DNA of 64,000 bases, from the NCBI GenBank assembly GCA_016700415.1, contig CP065018.1, positions 2,869,284-2,933,283 on the forward strand, written 5' to 3'. Below, in pieces: positions 46,875 through 55,715 of this stretch. Below the pieces are notes generated by a model. The model searched no databases and was not told where the DNA came from. It saw only the letters and a program-made list of their open reading frames with translations. Every line of letters begins with the position of its first letter. Positions within the stretch are counted from its first letter, which is position 1. Position numbers and translations under genes: made by a program. The stretch comes from Flavobacteriales bacterium (GTDB lineage Bacteria > Bacteroidota > Bacteroidia > Flavobacteriales_F > PHOS-HE28).

Positions 46875-47335
46875 GCACCATTTTCCCGAAGATCATGATC
46901 CTTGTGATCGCCTTGACGGTCCTTAGCTGTGGCGGCAACTCAGGGAATTCAGGCCATCAAGCGGAAGGGAACAAGCCTGAAGGAGCAAAGACCCGCTCCG
47001 ATCCACGGGATACCGTGAAAGTGATCAATGGCCATGACAAGGTGTACAGCCCGGAAGGTTGGCTGCGGATGGAAGGTGACATGAAGGACGGCAAGCGCCA
47101 CGGTATATGGACGAGCTTTACCCCCCAGGGCCGCGTGAAGAGCCGGAATGAATACCGCGACGGCGTGCTGGAAGGGCTCTCCGCCGTCTTCCGCGACAAT
47201 GGCGCCATGTACTACACCGGCCAGTACCGCAACGATAAACAGGTGGGCCGCTGGGAGTTCTACAATGAAGAAGGGAACTTGGAACGCACGGCACACTATG
47301 ACACCAGCGGGGCAGTTATCAACGATCCCCGATAG
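46871..47335 (+). CDS. MORN-repeat lipoprotein (YwqK-family-like)
   Basis: Lipobox LTVLSCGG, then G.W..(W|Y)...G repeats (GRWEFYNEEGNLERTAHYD...). ATGA overlap with the ispB stop. Confidence 0.7.
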   Translation: MSTIFPKIMILVIALTVLSCGGNSGNSGHQAEGNKPEGAKTRSDPRDTVKVINGHDKVYSPEGWLRMEGDMKDGKRHGIWTSFTPQGRVKSRNEYRDGVLEGLSAVFRDNGAMYYTGQYRNDKQVGRWEFYNEEGNLERTAHYDTSGAVINDPR

Positions 47336-47393
47336 GGCAGGAGCGGTTAGGTAAATTCGCGGTCCCGAAAAGTTCGGGCCTTCCCCTTACGCC

Positions 47394-49346
47394 GTGATCA
47401 AGCAACATTCCGTCCAGCAGGTCAAGGATACCGTCCGCATTGAGGAGGTGCTGGGCGAATTCCTGGACCTGAAGCGCAAGGGGCCGCGGTACCTCGGGCT
47501 TTGTCCCTTCCACAACGAGAAAACGCCCTCGTTCAATGTGAGTCCGCAGCTCGGCATCTACAAATGCTTCGGCTGTGGGGAAAGCGGCGATGCCATCACC
47601 TTCTTGGAGAAGCAGGAGCATCTCTCCTTCGTGGAGGCGATCCGCTGGTTGGCAAAGCGCTACCAGATCGAGCTGGAGGAAGAGGAGCAGTCGGAGGAGC
47701 AGCAACTGGAGCAGAGCGAGCGTGAAAGCCTCGGCGTGGTACAGCAGTGGGCGCTGAACTGGAGCGTGGACCAGCTATGGAACACCGAGGAAGGCAAGCA
47801 GATCGGTCTGGCCTATTTCGTGGAACGCGGTTTCCGTGAGGATACGATCAAGGAGTTCCAGCTGGGCTATGTGCCGGAGAAGGGTGATGCTTTCGCCAAA
47901 GCGGCCATCGCCCATGGCTTCGCGCCGGACCTGTTGGAGAAGGCGGGCTGGATCAAGCAACGCGACAACGGTTCGCCGTGGGATTTCTTCCAGGGCCGGG
48001 TCACCTTTCCCATCCACGGCCTCACGGGCCAGCCCATCGCGTTCGGGGCCCGCACGCTGAAGAGCGACAAGAAGCTCCCGAAATACTTCAACAGTCCCGA
48101 GAGCACGCTCTATGTGAAGAGCCGCTCGCTCTACGGGATCTCCTTTGCGAAGAAGGCGATCGTGGAGCAGCAGAACTGCCTGTTGGTGGAGGGCTACACG
48201 GACGTGATCAGCCTGCACCAGGCCGGGATCGCCAACGTGGTGGCCAGCAGCGGCACCAGTCTCACCGTGGACCAGGTGCGGCTGATCAAGCGCTATTCGC
48301 CGGCGGTCACCATCCTTTACGATGGCGACGCCGCAGGGATCAAGGCCTCGTTGCGCGGCATCGACCTCATCATCGCCGAGGGACTCAACGTGAAGGTGGT
48401 CGTCTTCACCGAGGGCGACGACCCGGACAGCTTCGCCCGCAAGCATTCCAGCAGCGAGATCACGGCATTCCTCCAAGAGACCGCCAAGGATTTCCTCGTC
48501 TTCAAGACGGACCTGTTGGTGAAGGAAGCCGGGGAGGACCCGGTGCGCAAGGCCGCTGCCATCCACGAGCTGGTGGCGAGCATCGCGCTGGTGCCGGACC
48601 ATGTGCTGCGCTCGCTCTACATCAAGCAGTGCTCCAATATGCTCGACGTGGGCGAGCAGGCGCTGGTGAGCGAGATGAACAAGGTGCTGCGGAAGGGCTA
48701 CCGCAAGCACCTGGGCGGGGATGCCCCACCGATCGAGGAATTGGTGGATCCGGCCATCGCCGCGCCGCAGCCCCAGGTGGAGGACCTCGGCACCACGCCG
48801 CAGGAGCGCGACCTCTTGCGCATGCTGATCGCTTACGGCCATGAGCGCGTAACGGTGCCGATGCAGGAAGAGGACGGCACTTCGTCCGACGAGGAGCTTT
48901 CCGTGGCCGAGTTCATGTTCCAGTCCATGGCCATGGACGACATCACTTTCGATGAACCCGTGTTCCAAGCCATCTACCGCGATTACAGCTTCGCCCACAA
49001 GATGGGGGAGGCCGTGGCGCCCGCCCGCTATGTGGCCAACGATAAGGAGGAGTGGCGCAATCTCAGCATCGACCTGCTCACCGAGCGGCACACGCTCAGC
49101 CCCAACTGGGAGGCCAAGCACAAGATCCACGTCACCCATGAACGGGACCAACTGCTGGATGCCGTGGATCAGGCCCTGAACATGTTGAAGGAACGCCGTG
49201 TGGACCGCATGCTCAAGGAAAAGCAGGAGCAACTGAAGGAGTTCACTGACGAGGCGGATATCGACATGGCCTTGCGCACGCTTGTGGCGCTGCAAGAGGC
49301 GAAGAAGGCCTTTGCCAAGGTCACCGGGCGTGTGGTGGTGGGTTAG
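47394..49346 (+). CDS. dnaG: DNA primase
   Basis: Zinc ribbon CPFHNEKTPSFNV...CFGCG, and the TOPRIM domain (EGYTDVISL...DGDAAG). Confidence 0.9.
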   Translation: MIKQHSVQQVKDTVRIEEVLGEFLDLKRKGPRYLGLCPFHNEKTPSFNVSPQLGIYKCFGCGESGDAITFLEKQEHLSFVEAIRWLAKRYQIELEEEEQSEEQQLEQSERESLGVVQQWALNWSVDQLWNTEEGKQIGLAYFVERGFREDTIKEFQLGYVPEKGDAFAKAAIAHGFAPDLLEKAGWIKQRDNGSPWDFFQGRVTFPIHGLTGQPIAFGARTLKSDKKLPKYFNSPESTLYVKSRSLYGISFAKKAIVEQQNCLLVEGYTDVISLHQAGIANVVASSGTSLTVDQVRLIKRYSPAVTILYDGDAAGIKASLRGIDLIIAEGLNVKVVVFTEGDDPDSFARKHSSSEITAFLQETAKDFLVFKTDLLVKEAGEDPVRKAAAIHELVASIALVPDHVLRSLYIKQCSNMLDVGEQALVSEMNKVLRKGYRKHLGGDAPPIEELVDPAIAAPQPQVEDLGTTPQERDLLRMLIAYGHERVTVPMQEEDGTSSDEELSVAEFMFQSMAMDDITFDEPVFQAIYRDYSFAHKMGEAVAPARYVANDKEEWRNLSIDLLTERHTLSPNWEAKHKIHVTHERDQLLDAVDQALNMLKERRVDRMLKEKQEQLKEFTDEADIDMALRTLVALQEAKKAFAKVTGRVVVG

Positions 49347-49357
49347 GCTCAGAAGCT

Positions 49358-49377
49358 GGCCAAGACCTTGGCCTTTT
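49358..49377 (+). terminator. intrinsic terminator after dnaG
   Basis: GGCCAAG-ACC-TTGGCC stem-loop followed by TTTT, 12 nt after the dnaG stop. Confidence 0.6.
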
Positions 49378-49403
49378 AGCGGTGGAAGATGGCAAAGTTC
49401 GGA

Positions 49404-49540
49404 GACCCCGAAGGGGTCGCAGAAATTAGGATCGTGCGCGCAAGTCTCGACCCTGCAAGGGTCGCAGCCAGCCATAGTCCCGTGTGATAATGTATTTCTT
49501 TAGTGCAAAATGGTCCATGGGATCAGACCCCGAAGGGTTC
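49404..49540. repeat. REP cluster (three palindromic units) on the 3' side of the RAYT gene
   Basis: gaccccgaaggggtc (49404-49418), gaccctgcaagggtc (49449-49463) and gaccccgaagggttc (49526-49540). Each is a GACCC(C/T)-N3-GGG(G/T)TC hairpin, and the first two are followed by GCAG. Confidence 0.7.
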
Positions 49541-49624
49541 AAAGAGATCAGCTGATCATGTGTGCCGTTGCCTACCCTTCAACGGGTTGCAGGCCAACCT
49601 GCGGATTCGAATATATGTTCCGCC

Positions 49625-50068
49625 TCATACAAAATACTTGAGGTCGTATTCAACACCATGGTCCGCCAACAGGCTGAGCAATTCTTCCTTGTATGTCCGT
49701 GTGCCGTGGTGTTCCTCTTGCCGATCGATGTAGCTCCTTATCATCTCCCGCTCCCGATGGCTTACGGTAAAGGCGGCGTAGCCTTCCTGCCAGTGGAAAT
49801 TCCGCAGCCCGACCTCGTCGCGCAACCAGACGGTGGATGCCTTTTTCAACTCTCTCACGATATCTGAAAGGACGTGGGTGGCTTTAAGCCCAAAGAGCAG
49901 ATGCACGTGGTCGTTCCAGCCACCGGTGTTCTGTGGGAATCCGCCAAGACCTTTTATCGTTCCGCCCATGTAGCTGTGCAATTGATCTCGCCATTTCCGG
50001 TCAAGACAGGGCACTCGGTTTTTAGTGGAAAAGACCACATGGTAATGCAGGCTGAGGTAGGTGGACAT
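49625..50068 (-). CDS. rayT: REP-associated tyrosine transposase (RAYT; IS200/IS605-like Y1 HuH)
   Basis: 147 aa. YHVVFSTKNR N-terminus, the HuH motif in NDHVHLLF, and the catalytic Tyr region EGYAAFTV. Flanked by REP palindromes. Confidence 0.85.
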   Translation of the reverse strand: MSTYLSLHYHVVFSTKNRVPCLDRKWRDQLHSYMGGTIKGLGGFPQNTGGWNDHVHLLFGLKATHVLSDIVRELKKASTVWLRDEVGLRNFHWQEGYAAFTVSHREREMIRSYIDRQEEHHGTRTYKEELLSLLADHGVEYDLKYFV

Positions 50069-50079
50069 GATGCCGCTGT

Positions 50080-50151
50080 GACCCCGTTGGGGTCAGGTAA
50101 GGTAGAAGGTGCGTGGGGGATGAACTAATTTCTGTGACCCCTTCCGGGGTC
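50080..50151. repeat. REP cluster (two palindromic units) on the 5' side of the RAYT gene, inverted relative to the other cluster
   Basis: ctgtGACCCCgttGGGGTCag (50080-50094) and ctgtGACCCCttccGGGGTCgg (50136-50151). GTGACCCC heads; the orientation is opposite to the units at 49404-49540. Confidence 0.7.
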
Positions 50152-50188
50152 GGTGGTATTATTTGCTGTGCCCGTGTTCAACAGATGC

Positions 50189-50323
50189 TCATGCCGCCAC
50201 CCGCTTCAGTGCCTTCTCCAACGCGTACTTGTCGAACTCAATGGCCCCTACCACGTCCCATCCGGCATTTTTTAATCCGAGGGTGAGACCACCGGCACCG
50301 GAAAACAGGTCTATGGCTTTCAT
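50189..50323 (-). pseudogene. N-terminal remnant (44 codons) of a cytosine-5 DNA methyltransferase
   Basis: MKAIDLFSGAGGLTLGLKNAGWDVVGAIEFDKYALE... is C5-MTase motif I (FxGxGG) and the start of motif II. It then terminates, and the REP unit at 50136-50151 follows 38 nt after the stop. Confidence 0.6.
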
Positions 50324-50458
50324 GTGATGATCGGCAAAATATCCGTCAACTGTTGTAGCTAAACATAGCCATTCCGGAGCGTCGTTGTTTTGGGTTGTCC
50401 GCAGAAATGATCAACAATTCAAGAGTGGCCGCGATCACACGCCATCTACCTTCGCGCC

Positions 50459-51364
50459 ATGCCCAACGAACACGCGCATGACCACGGGCACGCCGGGCAT
50501 AGTCATGCCAGCGGCGCCAGCAATCTGCGCTTGGCGTTCTTCTTCAACCTGGCCTTCACGCTCATTGAGATCGCTGGCGGGCTATGGACCAACAGCCTGG
50601 CCGTGCTCAGCGATGCGTTCCACGACATGGGCGATGTGCTGGTGCTCGGCGCTGCGTGGTACCTGAGCCATCTGGCCGTTCGCGGCCGCGACGGGAAATA
50701 CAGCTACGGTTATGGTCGCTACGGCATGCTCGGCGGCTGGCTAACCTCACTGGTGCTGGCCATCGGTGCGTTGGTGCTCATGGGCTTCACGCTCTCGAAG
50801 ATCAACGATGTGCATGCCCCGCATGCCAACGGGATGATCCTGTTGGCCGTGTTCGGGCTGGCGATGAACGGCTTCGCGGCGTGGAAACTGCACGGCGGAT
50901 CTTCACTGAACGAGCGCGGAGCCTTCCTGCACCTGATGGAGGACGTGCTGGGCTGGGCCGCGGTATTGGTGGGCGCGATCATCATCCGGTTCACCGGGCT
51001 GGGCATCGTGGACCCGCTGCTCTCCATCGCCATCAACCTGTACGTGCTGTACAATGCTGTGGGAACGTTGCGCAAGGGCACGGGTATTTTGATGCAACGA
51101 CTGCCGGAGGGCTTCGATGAAAATGCCGTCACCGAAGCTTTGCGCGCCCTGCCTCATGTGGTGGGCTCCCACGATCAGCATGCATGGACGCTCGATGGCG
51201 AATACATCGTGCTCACCGTACACCTCGAGGTGGACACCCTCGATGCCACAGAACGGTCTACGGTGACGAACTCGGCCCGACGGATTCTGAAGGGGAGGGG
51301 CGTGCATCACGCCACGATCGAGCTGGAGCTGCCACAGGATGAATGCGCCCTGCAACACCACTGA
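50459..51364 (+). CDS. czcD: cation diffusion facilitator (CDF) family metal efflux transporter
   Basis: His-rich N-terminus (HAHDHGHAGHSH), six TM helices with HD/HD motifs in TM2 and TM5 (SDAFHDMGD..., HLMEDVLG), and a C-terminal cytoplasmic domain. Confidence 0.85.
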   Translation: MPNEHAHDHGHAGHSHASGASNLRLAFFFNLAFTLIEIAGGLWTNSLAVLSDAFHDMGDVLVLGAAWYLSHLAVRGRDGKYSYGYGRYGMLGGWLTSLVLAIGALVLMGFTLSKINDVHAPHANGMILLAVFGLAMNGFAAWKLHGGSSLNERGAFLHLMEDVLGWAAVLVGAIIIRFTGLGIVDPLLSIAINLYVLYNAVGTLRKGTGILMQRLPEGFDENAVTEALRALPHVVGSHDQHAWTLDGEYIVLTVHLEVDTLDATERSTVTNSARRILKGRGVHHATIELELPQDECALQHH

Positions 51365-51367
51365 CCG

Positions 51368-51517
51368 ATGTCTCTGCGCAAACGCATATTCCGCATCCTT
51401 GCCGCCATCAACCGGAAAGTATTGCCCAAGCAATGGCACCGCGACCTTACGCGCTTGAGCAAGGCCCGCATGGCCTTGGTGGCCTACCGGTACTGGGTGA
51501 CGCGCAACGCCCTGTGA
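51368..51517 (+). CDS. small basic hypothetical ORF (49 aa), speculative
   Basis: MSLRKRIFRILAAINRKVLPKQWHRDLTRLSKARMALVAYRYWVTRNAL. It begins 4 nt after the czcD stop and ends where the next gene ends. Confidence 0.2.
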   Translation: MSLRKRIFRILAAINRKVLPKQWHRDLTRLSKARMALVAYRYWVTRNAL

Positions 51518-52894
51518 TCAACGCACCATCAACCGCTGCGTCGGAACGCTCTTGCTGCCGACGAGCTTCACGGTATAGGCGCCAGGGGCCAAGGGGGTGA
51601 GGTCCAGCACCTCGCGAACGGACGTGCCGGTCCCGTTCAATGCCCGACGCAGCACGATCTTCCCGTTCACATCGGAAAGTTCGATGAACTGCTCCTTGCC
51701 GGGATGCATGCGCTCGATCACCACCACCACCTTGTCCGTGGCCGGGTTCGGGGCAAGGCGCATGAGGTCGCCGGTGCTTGATCCGCCGGAGATCCCCAAG
51801 GTACAGGGAGGGCCGTTCAGGGTGACGGCGACATAGGCGGTGTCCGCAGGGCAGGGGGGTGTTTCGACCACGTAGCGGTAGACGCCTGCACCGAACGTGG
51901 AGACATCGACCGGCTGGTCAAAAAAAGTGATCCCTGCTCCGTTCGGTTCATACCAAATGCCTGTTATATCCTCGCCGGTGACGTAGTTGCTGAGGTTGGC
52001 GGCCGTTTCGTCAAAGCAAAAGACAGCAGGGCTTCCGACGCCGGGGTTGGACGGAGGAGCACCGACCACGGTCACGGTCGCGGACGGGTTGGAACAAGGC
52101 GGGGTCCCGGTGACATGGTACACGTATTGACCCGGTTGGCTCGTGCCCGGGATGAAGATGCCGGTGGTATTCGGTCCGGTCCATGTTCCACCGGGGTTCG
52201 GGGTGCCGCCCAGCTGTGTGAACAGGTTCACTGGCGGGGCCCCGGGGGCGGTGCAAAGGGTAACGCTGGCGTTCACACCGGCCGACGTGTTGGGGTTGTA
52301 CGTGATATAAAGGGATTGGTATTCCGCAATGCACGGCGCGGGAATGTCGAAGTAGTACTGATAGTCCCCCGCGATGCTCGTGCCCGGCACGAACATGCCG
52401 TTGGGCACGGGTTGGAGCACGGGGTTGAGCCACAGACCTCCGGGGTCGGGCGATCCGCCCAGACGGGAGAGAAGTGGGAAGGGTGCGTCATTCGGGCATA
52501 CCGCGATCTCGGTATAATTGCCCACATTGGGTGGATCGGCCGGAAGGACCGTAAAGTTGCCCGTCCAAGTGTCCGTGATCACAGTGCCGAACTTCAAGCT
52601 GACGGTCAAGGCATAGGTTCCCTCGTTGTACGGCCCGATGGGCCCGATGGGCTGGTTGAAGGAAGAGGATCCATTGCCGGCACTGACAGTGGCGACCAGA
52701 GTAACGCTGTTGGCCGTGTTGGAGGTTTGGACGAATGTGAAGCTCAGGCCCGGCGCACCTGTGCCCATCACATGGTAAGTGGCCCGCTCGCAAGCATGCA
52801 GCGGCGAGGGGGCAATGGTCACATTGGTGATCTGCTGGGCCTGAACAAAGCAGGCCGAGAGGAAGAAGGAGGAAAGGAACAGGGTGTGCCGCAT
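51518..52894 (-). CDS. T9SS C-terminal-domain secreted protein with Ig-like/SprB-like repeats
   Basis: Signal peptide. Repeated LGG(S/T)P(D/N)PGG(L/T)W modules, several CxxxC segments, and a C-terminal LAPNPATDKVVVV...GAYTVKLV type-A CTD. Confidence 0.75.
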   Translation of the reverse strand: MRHTLFLSSFFLSACFVQAQQITNVTIAPSPLHACERATYHVMGTGAPGLSFTFVQTSNTANSVTLVATVSAGNGSSSFNQPIGPIGPYNEGTYALTVSLKFGTVITDTWTGNFTVLPADPPNVGNYTEIAVCPNDAPFPLLSRLGGSPDPGGLWLNPVLQPVPNGMFVPGTSIAGDYQYYFDIPAPCIAEYQSLYITYNPNTSAGVNASVTLCTAPGAPPVNLFTQLGGTPNPGGTWTGPNTTGIFIPGTSQPGQYVYHVTGTPPCSNPSATVTVVGAPPSNPGVGSPAVFCFDETAANLSNYVTGEDITGIWYEPNGAGITFFDQPVDVSTFGAGVYRYVVETPPCPADTAYVAVTLNGPPCTLGISGGSSTGDLMRLAPNPATDKVVVVIERMHPGKEQFIELSDVNGKIVLRRALNGTGTSVREVLDLTPLAPGAYTVKLVGSKSVPTQRLMVR

Positions 52895-52953
52895 GGACTG
52901 ATTTTATGACCCCAAATGTAGCAGCATTCGGCAGGACCCTCTAATTTGCCCCG

Positions 52954-55011
52954 ATGCGCCATTGGACCTGCACGCTGTTCCTGCTCTTGGCCACATGGCT
53001 CCAAGGGCAAGTGCGGATCAATGAAGTGCAATGTACCCGGTCGCCGAACAGCGATGGGAGCGGCGCGGCAGGGGATTGGGTTGAACTGTACAACGCCGGG
53101 TCCAAGACCGTGGACCTCGGTGGGTACCGGCTCGTGCTTAACGGGCTCACGCAGCGTTTGAAACCGGACCTGTTTGTCGCTCCGAAGGGAGTTTGTATTC
53201 TTTGGTGTGACCGTGCTTCGGACCTGGGCGCGGACCATGTTGACCTGCGGCTTTCCCGCAACGGCGGCACCTTGCTCTTGATCGCGCCCAACGGCTCCAC
53301 CGTGCTGGATCTGTTCCAGTGGTCCGCATTGCCACCGGGCGTTTCCATCGGAAGGAGGACGAACGGGGCTCCCACTTGGGGTTATTTCCGAAACCCCACC
53401 CCGGGCTTTTCCAATGGCGGCTCCGTCGCGGTTTCACGCGTGCTGAAGCAGCCTGTGATCAGCGAGCATGCCGGCACGTTGCGGATCACTTCCGAAGACC
53501 CGTCCACCGCCCTTCACAACACCGAGGATGGCAGTCTTCCGGGTCCGGGTTCCACGCGGTACAATGGCCCTGTACATTTTCCCAGAGGTACCGTGGTGCA
53601 TGCGCGGTCGTTCGCCGCGGATGCTTTGCCAAGTCCTTGCGCCGTGATCACCATGGGATTGCCGGACACAGCTTGGGCGCTGGTGGTGGCACCCAAAGAC
53701 CTCGTCGGCCCGCTCGGCATTGCCGATGTGCTTTCCGGGAATCATGCACGCAAGGGCCCGGAATGGCAGCGCCAAGCCTGGTCGCAGCAAGGGGGGGACA
53801 GCAAGCCCGTAGGGATCGCCATCGCTGGCAGTGGTTCCCGCAGCTTGCCCAAGCGGAATTTCAAATTGATGGTGCGGGACCGGTTCTCCGGCGAAGGCCC
53901 GTTGGTCTTGCCGGACGGAACGGCGTGGAAGGATGTGGTCTTGCGCGCCGATGGCTCCCCCAATGCCTTCCTGCGAAATCTGTTCATGGAGGAAACGGCC
54001 AGACGGAGCGGCTCATGGGTGGATGTTCAGCCCAGTTTCCCCATACCGCTCTACCTCAATGGACGATACGATGGCCTTTACCGCGCGATGCCCGCCAAGG
54101 GAAAGGAATGGGTGCGCAGCTTGAACGCCGGGGAGGACGTGGATGTCATCGAAGGGCCTGGCGCGCTTGCCGTGAGCGGCCGGAACAAGCACTACTTGCG
54201 GATGCTAAAGGCCCTCACGGACGGCCAAAATAGCGACAGCCTGGCCCGTATCCTGGACTTGGGGAGCTTGGTGGAGATGGCCTGCTTCGACCTTTGGACG
54301 GGCCGTGCGGACCATGACCTCAATGTGCGCTGCTGGCGTCCCCGTTCACGTGGCGGACGCTGGCGCTGGGTGATGTTCGACATGGACCAATGGGCGCCTG
54401 TGGACGACCGGACCGTGTTGCGTATGTGCAGTGCGAGCGCTCCGGAGACCCCTTTCCTGCCGCAGTTACTTACGGGACCAAACACCCGGGACCGGTTGTT
54501 GGCACGCTTTTCCGCATTGGCGGCCACCACCTTGAGCGCGGACCGTGCCAAACTCTTGGCCGATTCTCTCTATCTACGCTACCGTGATGCCATGGAGCAG
54601 GATCACACCCGGTGGAAGAACGAAATGGTACAGCCCGCGCCGGAGGTCTCCTACGCCGACCTGCTCACGCACATCGCAGGAAGGAACACGGCACTCTTCG
54701 AGCAGTTGTCGCGTTACACCGGGCTTGCGCAACGCTCGATCGCGGTGCGCGTGGAGCCGGCCGGGGCCGGAACGGTCGAGTTGGAGGACCTGATGCTAAC
54801 GGTATCGCAGTGCGAATTTTCCGTATTTGCCGGTGTGCCGCTCCACTTCAGCGCTATGGCCATGCCCGGGATGGAATTCGCCGGTTGGAAAGGTAAGGAA
54901 GGCGAGGGGCAAGAGTTGGTAGTGGCGCCACTACGGAACCTGCGCATCACGGCGATGTTCCGTCCAGTAGGCGTATCACGCCATGGCGGCCTGCAGCAAG
55001 GACTCGAATAG
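52954..55011 (+). CDS. secreted lamin-tail-domain (LTD) + CotH-family (atypical kinase) protein
   Basis: Signal peptide. LTD motif INEVQ...WVELYN..S..VDLGGYRL. A CHB_HEX_C-like segment (RYNGPVHFPRGTVVHARSF). CotH core (KRNFKLMVRDRFSG...YLNGRYDGLY...DHDLNVR). Confidence 0.75.
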   Translation: MRHWTCTLFLLLATWLQGQVRINEVQCTRSPNSDGSGAAGDWVELYNAGSKTVDLGGYRLVLNGLTQRLKPDLFVAPKGVCILWCDRASDLGADHVDLRLSRNGGTLLLIAPNGSTVLDLFQWSALPPGVSIGRRTNGAPTWGYFRNPTPGFSNGGSVAVSRVLKQPVISEHAGTLRITSEDPSTALHNTEDGSLPGPGSTRYNGPVHFPRGTVVHARSFAADALPSPCAVITMGLPDTAWALVVAPKDLVGPLGIADVLSGNHARKGPEWQRQAWSQQGGDSKPVGIAIAGSGSRSLPKRNFKLMVRDRFSGEGPLVLPDGTAWKDVVLRADGSPNAFLRNLFMEETARRSGSWVDVQPSFPIPLYLNGRYDGLYRAMPAKGKEWVRSLNAGEDVDVIEGPGALAVSGRNKHYLRMLKALTDGQNSDSLARILDLGSLVEMACFDLWTGRADHDLNVRCWRPRSRGGRWRWVMFDMDQWAPVDDRTVLRMCSASAPETPFLPQLLTGPNTRDRLLARFSALAATTLSADRAKLLADSLYLRYRDAMEQDHTRWKNEMVQPAPEVSYADLLTHIAGRNTALFEQLSRYTGLAQRSIAVRVEPAGAGTVELEDLMLTVSQCEFSVFAGVPLHFSAMAMPGMEFAGWKGKEGEGQELVVAPLRNLRITAMFRPVGVSRHGGLQQGLE

Positions 55012-55665
55012 CTGCCTGCCCGCCGTGTTGCCTAAGCGTTCGTCCGCCGCGCGCTCCGGATGGGGCATCATGCCGAAGACGTTGCGCCCTTCGTTGCACA
55101 CGCCGGCGATGTTCTCCACGCTCCCGTTGGGGTTGGATTCCTCTTTCAGCCAGCCTTCGGCATCGCAGTAGTGGAAGAGCACGCGGTCCTCTTCGTTCAG
55201 TGCTTTCAATGTTTCACCGTCCGCATGGTAGCGGCCTTCACCATGTGCGATGGGGATCAACAAGGGCTTGGACTTGAGGCCTGCGGTCAATGGCGTGTTG
55301 AACGTCGCCGGGCGGATCCAGGTGTTGCGGCACACGAACTTGCGGCCTTCGTTGTGGAGCAGTGCGCCGGGCAACAATCCGGCCTCGCAGAGCACTTGGA
55401 AGCCGTTGCAGACGCCGAAGACCAGCCCGCCCCTTTTCGCGTGCTGGGCGACCTCCTGCATGATGGGCGAGAAGCGCGCGATCGCGCCGCTGCGCAGATA
55501 GTCGCCATAGGAAAATCCGCCCGGAAGCAGCACCATGTCGCAACCGCGCAGATCGTGCTCCTTGTGCCAGAGGCGCTCCACGGGGCGTTGCGTCAAGGAT
55601 TCCACGGCTTGGGCCATGTCCTCATCACAATTGGAACCGGGGAAGGTGACGACGCCGAATTTCAT
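54976..55665 (-). CDS. purQ: phosphoribosylformylglycinamidine synthase subunit PurQ (glutaminase)
   Basis: MKFGVVTFPGSNCDEDM N-terminus. Class-I GATase catalytic Cys in GVCNGFQVL, and HGEGRY/HPER motifs. Confidence 0.9.
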   Translation of the reverse strand: MKFGVVTFPGSNCDEDMAQAVESLTQRPVERLWHKEHDLRGCDMVLLPGGFSYGDYLRSGAIARFSPIMQEVAQHAKRGGLVFGVCNGFQVLCEAGLLPGALLHNEGRKFVCRNTWIRPATFNTPLTAGLKSKPLLIPIAHGEGRYHADGETLKALNEEDRVLFHYCDAEGWLKEESNPNGSVENIAGVCNEGRNVFGMMPHPERAADERLGNTAGRQLFESLLQAAMA

Positions 55666-55715
55666 GGGTGTAATTTGCTTGCGCGGCCGTGCCGCATGGA
55701 GGCTGCGAAGGTAGT

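Noticed and set aside
47775-49475. 566-aa reverse-strand ORF
   Set aside because: Antisense to dnaG. It also runs through the dnaG terminator and the REP units.
49560-49625. tRNA-like TTCGAAT tract next to the RAYT stop
   Set aside because: The sequence gcggattcgaatatatgttccgc forms only a 5-bp stem with a 13-nt loop. There is no acceptor stem, no anticodon arm and no CCA context, so it is not a tRNA or tmRNA fragment.
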